From Chloropicon primus (taxonomy: Eukaryota), in NCBI GenBank assembly GCA_023205875.1, contig CP060771.1, positions 372,001-436,000 of the forward strand: DNA of 64,000 nt. Direction: 5' to 3'. The notes beneath the pieces are model-generated. The model worked only from the letters and a program-made list of their open reading frames with translations, had not been told where the DNA came from and ran no database searches. Of this stretch, positions 9,653 to 22,188 are shown piece after piece (within the stretch, counting starts at the first letter, position 1; each line of letters starts with the position of its first letter). The translations under genes and the position numbers were made by a program.

Positions 9653-12466
9653 TCAGCACTCAAACTTGTGCAAAATCGTTGTGATGGGTATTGGGTTGAC
9701 GTAGTCAGGTAGCCTCGCAACCACGTCCTGGAGCGTGGGAGTGGATGTGATGTTACTCACGGCCCAACTGATTTTCAAGTTCTCTTCGGGCTTTGCATCG
9801 ATCCACCAATTCCATTCGAGGCCGTTCCGGCCGCCCAAGTGGTTACCCACGTGCCTGACGGCGTACATCGGAAGGCCGTCATCCGAGTACTCCGAGGGGA
9901 TCAAGGGCTCCGTGTCATGCTCCGCGAACGAGAACTTGGAAGCGTTTCCTGTCACGTTCACCAAGTAATACCCAGCAAAGGGGCTCCTCATCGCGATGTG
10001 GCACCTCTTCATGCTGCTGCCCTTTTTGGTCCGCACTCGAAGACTAGGAAGGCTTTTGAACAATTGGCGGATCTCTTCGTCTTCCACGCCCACTTTCAGG
10101 GACACGCTGTCTTTCATGAACCTCGTGATCGGGTACGCCGCCAGCAGGTGGTTAGGATCTGACTTTGGTGGACCGCTCTCGTGACTTTGGGCTCCGACCA
10201 TGTCGTTCAATACATTCTGCAGCGGCACGGAATCCACTCCCAGCATGGTCACCGAGCTCTCCTCGATGATTGTATCGTACATTGCTCTGCTGTGGTTCTT
10301 GATGGCCCCAGGTGGATCGCCACGGAGGACGTGCAAGCGCTGGACAAAGACTCGCTTGGGATTGTGAGCACTGAACGAGTTCCTGTGGTCCTGCATGCGA
10401 ATCAGGACGGTCGCAACCAGAAGGAAAAATAGGCACATCGCCAAGAGGCCTCCGAGGCACTGGATCACGCAAGAATATTGCTTGAAAGGGTGTGCCCGAG
10501 ATGATTTCTTGGCCTTGGTGGTGCTTGGTGCCCCCTTCGACGTCGACCTCGCCGCGTGATACGCCAAGAAAGGGACGAGTGGCCCGAAACTCACGAAGAA
10601 GAGCCCCCCCGCGATCACCCCGATGATCATGTCCGCGTGAGCCCTGCCGTGCCAATCCATGGAGCTCCCCATCGTGCTGATCCTGTCGAGGAAGAACAAG
10701 AAGCCAAAGAGGCTCATGTGCCCGACGACCACCAAGGCGGGAAGGTGGATGACCAGGGTGTCCATCACATCGAAAGAATCAAAGCCTCCGCCGTTCCTCT
10801 TGGCCTTGCTCCTCGTGCGAACGCCCGTGTCGCTTCTCTTGTCTCGAAAGTAAAAGACTTTCGTTCCCAGCGCGAGCAAGGCGCTCAGAACCCAAAAGAC
10901 GAACATGTAAGCCGAGTGCTTCATCACGCCGCTCGTCGTCATCAGCAGAGCCAGCGTGCTGAGCACAAGGGACGATCCCACCACGTGCCCGACCAGAATC
11001 TCCTCGAGCTTATCACCGTCCTTGTTCTTCATCACGTCTAAGCTCCTCTGCCTCGTGTACGTGAAGATGTAAGGAATGAAAGACCCAAAGACGCTCGACG
11101 GCACGAGCAGCAGCGCCGCGATGTGCGGCCTGCCATACCAAGCCATGGGCTGAATGAACAAGGCCGTCAATCCGAACTGAATCACGGCGAAGATGACGGA
11201 GCAGAGGAACGAGAAGAAGAAGGAAAGGACACCTTCCACCACTGGCGCCTTGCTCCCACTTGCTTTCGCGGCGAGCGTTACAGCGACGGTGAGCACGAAG
11301 GGCACCAGGTGAATGAATCTCGCCAGCTTGAAGGGGTAAGCGACCACAAAGAGGCCCATGACATCAAAGTAAACGCAGTCCTCCCCGAAAGAGTCGCCCT
11401 CCTCGTCGTCTACGGTGCGGCGGATCATCTCGGAAGCTTTCAGGACGATGGCCAGCATGTTGTCGCCAAAGTTCTGCGTGCAGCCCGGAGCCATTCTCTT
11501 GGACTCGTCCAATGCCGTGTGGTATGACCTGCTGTCAAACATGGTCGCAATGTCAATGCCAGGCAAGTCCCCGTACACCGTCGTTCGAGGCTTCTTGGAA
11601 GCTTCTTCCCCACTCGCGGTTTCACTTCCAGTCGACTCGTGAGCGAAGACAGCGTAGTCGGTCTCCGCCGGAATGAGGCCAAGGTCAAAGATATCTTGGA
11701 ACACGACATTGGCCCGAGGCCTTGGGCTCGCTGACAGGTACGCCGAAAGGAGCAAGTCGCTGTTACTTCTGAACACCACGTCCGGCCCGTACGACCCCGT
11801 GGACTCGATGTTGATGAAGTGTGAGACTTCCTGGGCCCACTCATGCTCGATCATGAAGCCGTGCGCCGCGTTCATGTAAGTCTCTTCCCCGCCATTCAGC
11901 AGAAAGATCACCGGGGTCTCGATCTTGATGTCCTTGTTCCCAACGATTGTCCTTGCCACCTCAACTGCGATGGCTGTGCAAGCCGCGCAGTCCGCCGCAC
12001 CTGGCGAAGCGATCGCCGAATCAAAGTGAGCGTTCACGAGCAAACTCGTTCTCTCCGATGCTTTGGACGAAGCCTTTGGACGAAGCCTGATCAGCAAGTT
12101 CTCCAAGTTGGCGTAACTCAGGTACACCGGAGTCAGGAAGAGCTCCAAGTGATACGCACCGCTAGTGGTTTGGACTTGTATCTCCACCTCGAGGTCTGGC
12201 CTCTCCCTCTTGGCGAGCTGCTCTATACTTTTCAGCTCACTCAAGAGGTATTCTGCAGCAATCCTGACCCCTGGTGTGCCAACCTGACGCATGCCGATGT
12301 CATCTGCCAATGCTCTCACATGGTTCATCGCTCTGTGCTCGGAGAAAACATCTTGGTTCGCATCTTCACCAAAAGGTTGTGGAAGGTGATGCCAATTCTT
12401 ATAGGACGTGAAGATGAGCAAGGCGTAAACGATGGCAACTTTCAGACCACCACTGAGCAATCCCAT
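9653..12466 (-). CDS. M28 family ER metallopeptidase (ERMP1-like), multi-pass membrane protein
   Basis: FSEHRAMNHV, LLVNAHFDS, PGAADC, FLLNGGEE, INIESTG, IPAETDY, YHT; followed by several TM helices. Confidence 0.93.
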   Translation of the reverse strand: MGLLSGGLKVAIVYALLIFTSYKNWHHLPQPFGEDANQDVFSEHRAMNHVRALADDIGMRQVGTPGVRIAAEYLLSELKSIEQLAKRERPDLEVEIQVQTTSGAYHLELFLTPVYLSYANLENLLIRLRPKASSKASERTSLLVNAHFDSAIASPGAADCAACTAIAVEVARTIVGNKDIKIETPVIFLLNGGEETYMNAAHGFMIEHEWAQEVSHFINIESTGSYGPDVVFRSNSDLLLSAYLSASPRPRANVVFQDIFDLGLIPAETDYAVFAHESTGSETASGEEASKKPRTTVYGDLPGIDIATMFDSRSYHTALDESKRMAPGCTQNFGDNMLAIVLKASEMIRRTVDDEEGDSFGEDCVYFDVMGLFVVAYPFKLARFIHLVPFVLTVAVTLAAKASGSKAPVVEGVLSFFFSFLCSVIFAVIQFGLTALFIQPMAWYGRPHIAALLLVPSSVFGSFIPYIFTYTRQRSLDVMKNKDGDKLEEILVGHVVGSSLVLSTLALLMTTSGVMKHSAYMFVFWVLSALLALGTKVFYFRDKRSDTGVRTRSKAKRNGGGFDSFDVMDTLVIHLPALVVVGHMSLFGFLFFLDRISTMGSSMDWHGRAHADMIIGVIAGGLFFVSFGPLVPFLAYHAARSTSKGAPSTTKAKKSSRAHPFKQYSCVIQCLGGLLAMCLFFLLVATVLIRMQDHRNSFSAHNPKRVFVQRLHVLRGDPPGAIKNHSRAMYDTIIEESSVTMLGVDSVPLQNVLNDMVGAQSHESGPPKSDPNHLLAAYPITRFMKDSVSLKVGVEDEEIRQLFKSLPSLRVRTKKGSSMKRCHIAMRSPFAGYYLVNVTGNASKFSFAEHDTEPLIPSEYSDDGLPMYAVRHVGNHLGGRNGLEWNWWIDAKPEENLKISWAVSNITSTPTLQDVVARLPDYVNPIPITTILHKFEC

Positions 12467-13094
12467 GATGTATCTGAATTCTCCCTTTCCCTTGGTACAG
12501 AAACCTCCTCCTCTTCAATCAAACCCACAAGAGGTCAACTATTGGATTGGACTTTCGTTTCCAAAACTTGACACTTTGTGCAAAAGTTAGCAGAGGCCAA
12601 GGCAAGACAAGACAAGACGAGAAGCTTCACTCCCAGGAGGAGGCAAGGAGGGTGACAGAGCAGGGTGGGATGCTTACCAAGCGGAGTGGAGGTGGGTTTC
12701 CACTGGGGATTGGACTGAAGCAGCCGCCAAGGCTCCTGGAGCCTTGTGATGGGACGAGGGGTCTTGTCTTGTCTTCTCCCAATGAAAGGAAAGGGATGGA
12801 TCGTGAATCTAAAAGTAAAGGGTAAAAGGTCATCAGGGGTAATCGTTACAACGGAACTCCACCGTGTCATGGCACTCCGCTTCCTTCCTTTCGTCTGAAG
12901 AGGACTCGATCACTCCACTCTGCATCTGCATCCTTCCTCCTTCTTGCCGTGCTCCTCTCTCTGCCACTCTGTTGGCCGTCGGTCAAGCCTGGTGCTTTCC
13001 TTTCCTCTCCCAGTCTCGTTTACCGGTGGGTTGCTCGTGCGATCAAGGGGAGCGACCGATGGAAGCGATTGGTGACTGCGTTTGTGTCTGTTCC

Positions 13095-15107
13095 TCACGT
13101 CTTCCCAGAGGACGAGACGAGCAAGACGTCCCGAATGCTCATCAAGTTTTGCGTCAGATCGTTGACGATGGCGTTGAAGCTCAGCTTTAAGTCCTCGAAC
13201 GCAAACTCGAGCCTATCCATCCGAGTGGTCAAGAGCTCTATCTCACCCCATTGCTGGAAGTTCTCCATGGTGCTGTCCGTGCTCGGGGCCGCCACGACGG
13301 GGGCAGGAGGAGGGCGCATCATGGCCTCTTGCTGCTTCGCTGCCACGTCCTGAACCGATTGCTTTTGCTGCTTAAGCTCGTTTTCGAGGTAGTCCACTCG
13401 CTTCGCAAGCTGGTTGATCAGCATCTGTTGCATTTCGTTCAAGCCTTCCGCCGCTTGGGCCTGGATCACCTCACGCGGCGGAGCTTGCCTCACGTCAGGG
13501 ATCTCCTTCCCGATGGGCGAGTCCTCCTCCTCCTCCTCCTCCTCCTCCATTTCGTCCACCTCCTCCTCCACTTTCATGGGAGTCACCGGAGTCTCTGTCG
13601 TTTTGGAAACAGGGCTGCCGAGCATCGCATCGGAGAGAAGTGGGCTCGCACCAAGCAGGCTGTTCCTTTGCCTCAGCCTCACCAAATTAGATTTCGGCGG
13701 GGAGACCTTCTCCTCTTCTTCTTTGGGACTCGGCATCGGTTCAGCTTCAGCTTCGGGCTCTTCTTCCTCTTCAGAACTTGTAGTATCTGCATCCTCCTCG
13801 TCCTCCTTGGCTGTGGCCTCCTCCTTGGCAGTGGACCCCTCGCTTGGCTCCAATCCGGATTGCCTCACCGCTGGTTTAGCCGGCGGAGTCGATGGGGCAT
13901 CCTCCAGAGAGAGGCAAAAGACCAGAGCCTTGTTCAGCTTGTCTGCTTCGTCCAAACTTTCTGCCTCTAGCTGCAGTTGCCTTGTGCTCGGAGAAGAGCC
14001 TTGCTGCGAGGATGGTTTAGACTCGTCGATGGCGTCGATCGTGATCAACTTGTTCCCGAGAGCTGTGGCCGTCGTGCCGCTTAGGCACTTGACCACCGTG
14101 AAGATGTTTTGAAGGTTTTTCTTTCCTGTCAAAGGATCGATCTGATAACCGCGAAGCTTTCTGTTGGCTTTCAGCACCCACCACTTCTTCATCCCTTTCA
14201 TTATACTGAAACGGCTTCCAGCCTTCTCCCTCAAGTGGCCCGCCCACAGTTCGCTTGTGCCACCAGGCGTGCCCGGCGTGCTCTGCTTCTTCACCGACGA
14301 TGAAGTGCTTGAGGTAGACTCATCCGGCTTGGTCTCCTTTGCCTTCTCCTCGCTCCTTGGCGGCGTACTCGGTGGCTTCGACTCGGCCGCCTTGCCCCGA
14401 CCGTACAACAGCTTCACCTTTGGCCGGAGCACGACCTGCTTCGGCGAAGCATTAGAGTTTCCAGCGGCACCTCCGTTGCTCTTCGCATCGGCATCATCCT
14501 CGCTCGTGCTGCTGTCCTCATTCTCCCTCTCTTCCACGACAGTTGGCAGCTGCCTCTTCTTCATCTGCTTCTCCTTGTGCTTGGCCACCGCCAGCTTCAC
14601 TCCCTTGTTGCAAGCGTTGGCGATGGCAGAAGCATCATCACAGTGAAGCCGAAGGTCAACCAGCTCCCCATCCACCCGAGCACTGAAGAGGAACACGTTA
14701 CTCTGCTCAGCGGCCCACCGCTTTATCGTTGCCCAGGCAAAGGACTTGCCCATCACTGGGTTCCCCTTGGTGTCGAACATACTCACTGCAAACGCCAATG
14801 GATGCGATGCTTGTTAGAGAATACTTTGGACTCAAGCAAGTGAATCACCCCTCTGGTGCCCAGTGATGGACTTGCCAAACAGCTTACCTTCTTCGTCGTT
14901 CACCCTGAGTTGGTTCCTTACGCCAGTCTCCGCGTCCTGCACGAGGAAGGCCCAAGGCCCGTTCAAACTCGCGTTCGTTGCCGGTGAGAACAAATGATCT
15001 CCATCACCAGAAGGCAAGGAGGACGAAGCATTGCCCTTGTGGCCATCCTCCCCCTTGCTCTTCTTCTTCTTTCGACCGAACCGGCCCAAGGGATTGCGTT
15101 CAGCCAT
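13095..15107 (-). CDS. Uncharacterised protein with PH-like domain(s), acidic linker and C-terminal coiled coil; intron 14810-14887
   Basis: An in-frame GT-AG intron joins the MAERNPLG exon to the 567-aa ORF; WAGHLREK...KKWWVLK and LQLEAES..EADKLNKAL resemble PH motifs. Confidence 0.65.
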
Positions 15108-15668
15108 CTCCTTCCTTCCTTCCTTCCTTGCCAAACCACTTCAAAATGATGTTGCTCTGGACCACTTCCCGAGTCGAGTGAGGGCTCTATCAAACGATCG
15201 TCCGTTACGGTATCCTTCAGGAACGATCCTCTTTGCCAGAAACCGCCGCCTTCCTCCTTCAATCGGCGTCTGAACAAGTCCACTGCCTCACCTTGGCCTT
15301 GAGGGGATCAAGATGATCAATGCCTCCTTCTCCTGGATCACTCCTCGTGTCAAACACAGTCAAATCAGGCACCAATTGAAAGATCGTGAGACAGGCTATC
15401 GTCCTGCGCCGTTACTTGTGCCTCCCCAGGCGTTACGCTCCTCCAATCGGTCGTCAATCACCGCCCAGTCCAATCGTCTTGTCCGTGGGATCAGAGCACC
15501 TTGAGCTCGCTGAGTTCTCGAAGGGAGTGAAGTCATGCAGTCATCGATGGAGTAACTAACCGAGCAGCCGCGTTCACAAGGCATTTGAGTCGTGTTACGA
15601 AGGAGTAGCGAGGACGAGAGGGACACTGTGCGAAGAGGCTTGTCGAGAGCTTTCGAAAGAGCTCTCGC

Positions 15669-15868
15669 TTGACCATTTTGGTGTCTGGAGTCCTCGACAA
15701 CTTGTTGTTGAAGAGGATCTGAAGGTGTCGAAGCATCGAACAGAGGACTCTTGTCGAGGACAGTGACGACGAGAGAGAAAGTAAGGGGACTCGAGGAAGG
15801 TGTCAGTCGAAAGACAAAGTCGCTATCTTTCCGTAGACCATTTACTCGACTCGTTTGGCGCCAGGAGT
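15669..15868 (+). repeat. ~200-bp dispersed promoter repeat, copy 1
   Basis: Nearly identical (about 4 mismatches) to 25163-25362; 15628-15739 also matches 31343-31455. Confidence 0.95.
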
Positions 15869-15932
15869 GGTCCAGAGTTTGCGATTTGGTGACGAATCGG
15901 AGAGTTTGGTACGAGGTGGATCAGAGGACGTC

Positions 15933-16886
15933 ATGTTGGATGTTGGAAGGGTGGAAGATTCGGGATGGGGATGGGTCCTCACGTGCAGCAGTCTAATCTT
16001 CGTCAGTGCCATTGTGGCTGGGCTCCTCCCCTTGACGCTGGTGAAGGTGAAGTCCATTCACCGCATCACTGCGTTTGGTTCTGGTTTGTGTATCGGTGCT
16101 TCATTGGCTTTGATGACTCCAGAGGGGTTTCACCTTCTGATGGATGCTCATGAGAAGCATGGACTGAATCCAGGGTTCGGAGGAGTGTTCCTGACGTTGG
16201 GTGTGGTGACATTCTTCGTATTTGAGTCCATGGTCTCGACCGAGGGGCATGGCGCCTGCGGCCTCGACGGGGCGAAGAACCGCGTGGGTTCGAGGCAGGG
16301 CGGCCGGAGCCCGAGGGGCAGCTTTAGCGTCGAGTGCGGGATCAAGCCGGCCACCATGGACGGAAGCAGCGAGCCCCTGGTGGACAGCAACTTGGGGGAC
16401 AGCAACAACACTCGGGAGAAGAAGGAGAAGTTCTACAGGAGGAACTTCAAGGGGGTGGCGACTATGGCAGTCATGATTTCACACGCCGTGGCAGATGGAC
16501 TTGTCATGGGGAGTGTTGCGGCAACGGGCCAGCAAGAGATGAACATCGTCGTCGCATTTGCCATGATAGCTCACAAGGTCCCAGCGAGTTTCTCTTTAGC
16601 AACCTTCCTTGTGGCCCTCAAGTGGCCTTCAAGCTCGGTGGTGAAAAACATGCTGATGTTCAGCCTCAGCTCGCCGCTCAGTGCAATCCTTTTCTATAGT
16701 CTGAAATATGCCATCTCTGCGTCGAGCTTCGACCAGATGCTTAGCTTGGTGATGCTGTTCTCGGCCGGGAGCATCCTGTACGTTGGATTCTTCCACATGT
16801 ACCCAGAAGGTGAGAAGAAGACCGAACCAGGGGAAGCAGCGGCGACTTGCACCCTTCACCGATCGCTGACTAACTGACAAACGAAT

Positions 16887-16924
<38 letters not shown>

Positions 16925-17054
16925 TGTCTGCCTGCCTGTCTGTCCTCTAGCCTTGGAGGCGAGTGAGGGGAAGGATGCGCGGAGTACGGTGATATACCTG
17001 GTTGCTTCTGGTGCGATCTGCGCTTCGATGTTCGGGTTCTTGCCTGATGATTAG
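15933..17054 (+). CDS. ZIP-family zinc/iron transporter (ZIP9-like); intron 16810-16950
   Basis: AFGSGLCIGASL..MTPEG, HAVADGLVMG, MIAHKVPASFSL, FSAGSILYV...HMYPE|A; the spliced last exon supplies the final TM. Confidence 0.9.
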
Positions 17055-17250
17055 GCACGCCAATCTTTTGTTCTGTGAAGACAAGCAACTGCTACAAAAA
17101 GAAGACTAACGTATACTAAAACTGTTCTGAATGGCTTCAAGGTGTTTCAATAGGATCCTCCGCAGTTCCTCCATCACCACGTTTTGAGTACTTTTCCTGG
17201 GCTTTCAGCCCTTTTCCGAGAGAGGGAGAAAGAGCGAGAGAAAAGGATAG

Positions 17251-20200
17251 TCAGCGACTGGAGCAGCTCGAGTCCCTCGCCCGAAACTCACCTTGCCACT
17301 TGCAATTCCGGCAGCGCCAACTTATGATGCTATCGGTTGTGCGATCTCGCCGGTGCACAGCGCAAGGGTTGTTGCAAAGCAAGCAAGTGGGACGCTGCCC
17401 TTCTTCGGCGGGGCTTGTGAATTTCCTCTTTCGGTCCTTCCTCTCCTCTTCGGAAGGCGCAGGCATCGCATCTGATAAAGTTTCCTCACTGCTCTCGCCA
17501 AGCTCGACACTCGCGTCATTCTTGCTGGGAAGAAGATGGGCCTTGTCGTCCTTCGCGCCCTCTTTGCTTTTGAGATGACCAACACTCTTTTGCAAAAGGC
17601 TCAGCCCCAGGCCCATGACATCCTCTGCCACAATCCGATTCGCAATCATATCCTCTGAAGCCACGTGGTTCCTCAAATGGTTTCCTGAATCAGACTGACC
17701 CCCTCCAGTTTGGCTGTGCGGCGCGTCCTCCTCTGTCACCCCAATGCCTCCCAAGCCACCCCGGAAGTAAGACCAAAAGTAAGGCCAGTAAGCTTTATAT
17801 TTGAAGAAGCTTTGCGGCGGAGGCTCAGGCATGTGAACTTTGATGAGCCACTTGATGAATTGCGCAGTGAGCTCGATGGTGGACTTCCCTTGGAAGGAGT
17901 CCCACGACGATTTCTCGAGGTATTTTATCAGCCAGTTGATCGAAGTCGACTTTGGAAGAAAACGTCAGTATCAGATTGCGGAGGCAAGCACAGCGCTCAT
18001 ATGAAATTCTTACCTTGGCCGAAGGACCTTTCTCCAAAAGCTTCCGGCAGTACCTTTGCAGCTTTTGTAATTCCAAGCTCCCGTCCTCGCGCGTCGTACG
18101 CACGATTCCAAAGTTCCTTCGCTGGGCCTGAAGATATTTGAGTACCCTGTCGAGTTCCTTGGGCCGATCTTTGAGATTTTCCTTGATCACGCCGATCACA
18201 TACTCCGCGTCAGCAGAAATCTCGCTTTCTTCCTTGGTCACTACCGCCTCAGCAAGTTTTTCCGACTTGGCTGGCCTTGACTTTGGTGCTGGCGGAGCAC
18301 CTTGAGGTTTCACAGGCCGCTGAGGCTCAACTTTCTTGAAACAACTCCCGTACTTGAGCACCTTGCTCGCTTTCAGGTACTTGAATGTAATGACCTGCCT
18401 TTTCCTTGGATTGGGCACGGACTGAGGCAAGGAGTCTCTTGCCCACATCCAAAAGAGCTGGAAGATGGACTGCCTCCTTTCAAAAGCGAACGCGCTGGCT
18501 TCGTTTCTGAAAGGCACGCCGTGCGAGGCTTTCACGTCAATGAATTCGAGCATCTTGATCAGCAAGTCCAGAGCATTATTGTCCGCGAACAGAGAGGTGC
18601 TGCTCTTCGAGTGAATCAGGTATTCCTTGATGTGACACAACGCTTCGTACGTTTGGCAGTGAGCAACGTATGAAGCGCGCAATGCAGGGTATTCGCTCTC
18701 GTGGACCATATCCAGCTCATGACTGGACTCTGTGACTTCCTTCAAGAGAGCGCCGACTTTTCCCAAATCCGTCTTGATACTCCGGTCTTTACGAGAAATG
18801 CAAAACTTGGTTGAGTTTGCCTTCACCCATTTCATGTACAACGATACCAACACTTTGTCGCCTCCAATCTTCTCAAGCATCAAAGCATTCAGTCTCTTTT
18901 CAGGTTCCAGGGCATTCGCGTGCGGACCACTGTAAAGTGTTCCTTCGCCCCCTTGAACCTCCAAGACTTCTTCTTCTTCCTCCATCTCCACATCTCCTGC
19001 CGTGATGTCGACCTTGCATGCCCAGTTCCTCAACTCACTCGACACGAGCTCCCAGTACACAGTTTTGGTGACGTCCACTCGATACAGTGCCAGCCACTTC
19101 CCCAAGGCCATGCCTCTCACAGCGGCGGAGGCGGAAGGATCTGATGCCCGCTCTGCTTGCTTGACGTGAATCAAATCTTGCCACTTCCCTGACTTCAAAG
19201 CAGGTGGCGAAGACCCGTGCTGGCAGACCTGAACAAAATGCTGTGGGCTCATCCCAAACCCCCTGTGTATCACCAGCCCCCTTGAAGGCATGAAATGCGC
19301 TGGCTCGTCGTTGTACTCGATGGGCAGCAAGAGCGGAAGGCAGCTGGAGGTGCGCTCCAGGTCTCCTGCACGGCCAACGATGTCCGTGTAAATGTCAATG
19401 GCCTCAAGCACTTGCCAAGTATACCATTCAGGCTGGTCTTGATTGTCGAAGAGCACCTTGATTCCCTCAGCATTCGCGGACAGGACGATCCCAAACCTGA
19501 CCACGTATCCCGTCATGCCAGCCCTTGATTCTTTGACGGGTTTTTCCTGAAGGCGCTTTGTGGCCAAGATTCTCATTCCTATCATCTTGTTCGACTCCTC
19601 CTTGTGCACCACATCCTGCCCCATTCGACGAGAGTGCCCAACGAAGGGAACGAGAGCAAAGGAGCGCCCAAACAAATGATACCGGTAGCGTTGGCCCCCC
19701 TCCACTTCGCCACCACTTTCGATTCCCGAGTGGTCCCGGGAACGATTTTTTGTGCCGAAAAACTTCGGAGGAGGACACAACCCGTTGTCCTTCCAGTGGA
19801 TCCATTGCACCATGGAAGTCCTCAAATCAAGAGTGCCCCTGCGATCCTGCGCTCGCGAGCCGGTGCAGCGCCACGGGGCCAGGTGGATAGGGCGGCCTGT
19901 CTTATTCTCCATCAACCAGATGTCCACACGCGTGGGCTCAAAGCCCTTCTCAGGATCCCAGTAGATTGCGCTCGCGACTGCCCTTGGCCCGTGCTTCGCT
20001 GCGTCGAAACGGTAGCTGTACAAGTCCAGAGTCATCTGGGACGGGTAGAGCCAGACAATGTCCGCGCTGCCGGAGAGGAAATCGCGAGGCCAAGTATAAT
20101 TCGATTCCGGAGTCGCACTTGCCTCGGCTTGGTGCTCCCTCCCGTCGTCAAGGTGGATCGTCAGGCGAATCACTTTGCCGCGGGCAGCCTCGCCGGACCC

Positions 20201-20881
20201 TCCGCTGTCCCCGAGCTCGGAATGGACCACGAACCCGTACGCGTATTGTGGGGGCTGCCCCCCCTGGTCACTCGTTCCGCCCTCAGCAGCCAAGGCAGCC
20301 CCCTCCCTGACCCCCACCCTCCATCCAATCGCAGAGGTGGCGCAGTCAAAGTCATTGACGGCCTTTCCACCACCGCCGAGGGCTTTGTACACCGCCGCGT
20401 CCCCTTTAGGTGCGATGGCGTGGATACCCTCCATGGCCCAGAACACGTTCGGGCTATCGAAGTCGACCCACTCCTCGACGATGTCAAAGTACTTGACAAG
20501 AATCTGCCTCACCGGTCGGCCGCCGCCGCCGCTGCCGTCGTCGCGGGAAGCGAGGACTCTCTTCTCCATCACAACCCCAGGATAAAAATACGCGTCGTCG
20601 TCCCACCAAACTTTGAGTTCCTTGTTGACCAAGTCATCCGACTCGAAGGCAACGCCAAGGCGCGCTGTCGCTTCAGATGATACAGCCTCGGGATCGATTC
20701 TCGTCCACTCCTTCGAGGCAGCATGAGGGAGGATCCACTCTGTCTCGAAACTCCCTTCCTCCCTCACCAAAATTTCACCGGTCGTCGAATCGTGGGCTCT
20801 GACGAGGACCACGCGACGACGCCTCGCGCTTTCATCCTCCGACCCGCCCTCCGTCGTGTAGTAGCACCCCCCGACCTCCAT
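17251..20881 (-). CDS. Large uncharacterised protein with Tudor/SH3-like segments and C-terminal CxxC...CxxC zinc ribbon; intron 17950-18013
   Basis: A GTAAG..AAG intron fuses the 1037-aa and 193-aa ORFs in frame; KVWWDDDAYFYPGVV...VKYFD..EEWVDF is Tudor-like; C-terminal CLLC...CRNC. Start uncertain. Confidence 0.7.
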
Positions 20882-22056
20882 CACCTCCTCTCGTTCTCTC
20901 TCTCTGAGGTGCTTTCGCGCTCCTCCAGTCCTCACCACTGGGTCGTTCTCTTCGAGCGACGACTCTTTCGAAAGAGCGAGAGACGATGATTCAGCTTGTT
21001 CTGTCTTCCTCCTCCCCCTTTCCCCTCCTCGCGCTCTCCATTCCTCTTTCCTCGTCCCTCTCCCTCTCTTTCTTTTCTCGCCCTCGTTCGCCCTCGTGCT
21101 CGGCCGTTATGATTCAGCGGAAGGGAGAAACCCACCAGAAGAGAAAGAAAAAACAGAGAGGAAAGGAGGAGGAGGAGGAGGGAGGAGGAGGAGGAGGAGG
21201 AGGAGGAGGGGACATCTTTATCTTTAGCCTCGTTCTTCCTTGACTCTGTCCTGCTGATCACCTCTCCCCTGCTGCTGCTGCTGCTGTTATTGTCCTTAAA
21301 GTTGTTGTTGTTGTGGATGGTTTCGTTGGACACGGTGGAGGGGGAAGGAGCAAGTGCAGTGGATCGAGGCCGGGAGGAAGCGACCACCTCCTTCCATCCC
21401 AGGGTGAGAAAGCGGAGCCAAACAATGTCACGAAAGCGAAAGTGTTGGGAGAAGGTGACTCATGACTCATCCGGATTTTCGACTGAGTGAGGGCTCTACG
21501 GAAAGAGAAAGACACGGTGCGTGCATGGATCACCCGTCTGGACTCGTGTGGTTCCGTCACTCGCCATCCTCGGCGCCATCCATTGGTCGATATCCTCGTC
21601 CCTCCTCGTCCCTCGCCCCTGAAGCCTCTTCATCTTCGTCTCTCCTTATATTTTTAGGAAAAGCAATTTGTTTTTTTCAAACAACAAAATTTGAAACCCA
21701 AGAATTTTTGCGGGAAGGCGGTCCTTGAGGAGCACAGGAGGGAGGCGAGGTCGACAAAGGTCGCGCCTTTGAGCCAAAGACGGGATCCTTTGATCCATCA
21801 GGGTCACCTGTAACTCGATTACGTGCCATCCAAGCCCTCACGACCTTTCACTTTGTCGTGCCAGGCGGTTCTGGCTCCTCTACCACTGGCCTCTGTGAAC
21901 TTGCAGCAGCAGCAACAGGAGGAACACAAAGTTGGAAGGAAAGGTTGACAAAGGTCGCGCCTTTGATCCATCAGGGTCACCTGCAACCCGATTCCTTGCC
22001 ACCACAGCCGCCGCAACCTTTGCTTTCGTCGCGCCAGGTATCTTGTGACACACACA

Positions 22057-22095
<39 letters not shown>

Positions 22096-22188
22096 CAGCA
22101 GCAGCACTCTCTCAAGCAGGGAAGGCATTGGAGAGGAGTGGAGAGGTAAAGGAAGGCAGGAGGGAGGGACACATTGAAGTGCAGGAGG

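Noticed and set aside
17825..17832. Apparent frameshift or overlap between the 1037-aa and 193-aa ORFs
   Set aside because: Explained by the 64-nt GT-AG intron 17950-18013.
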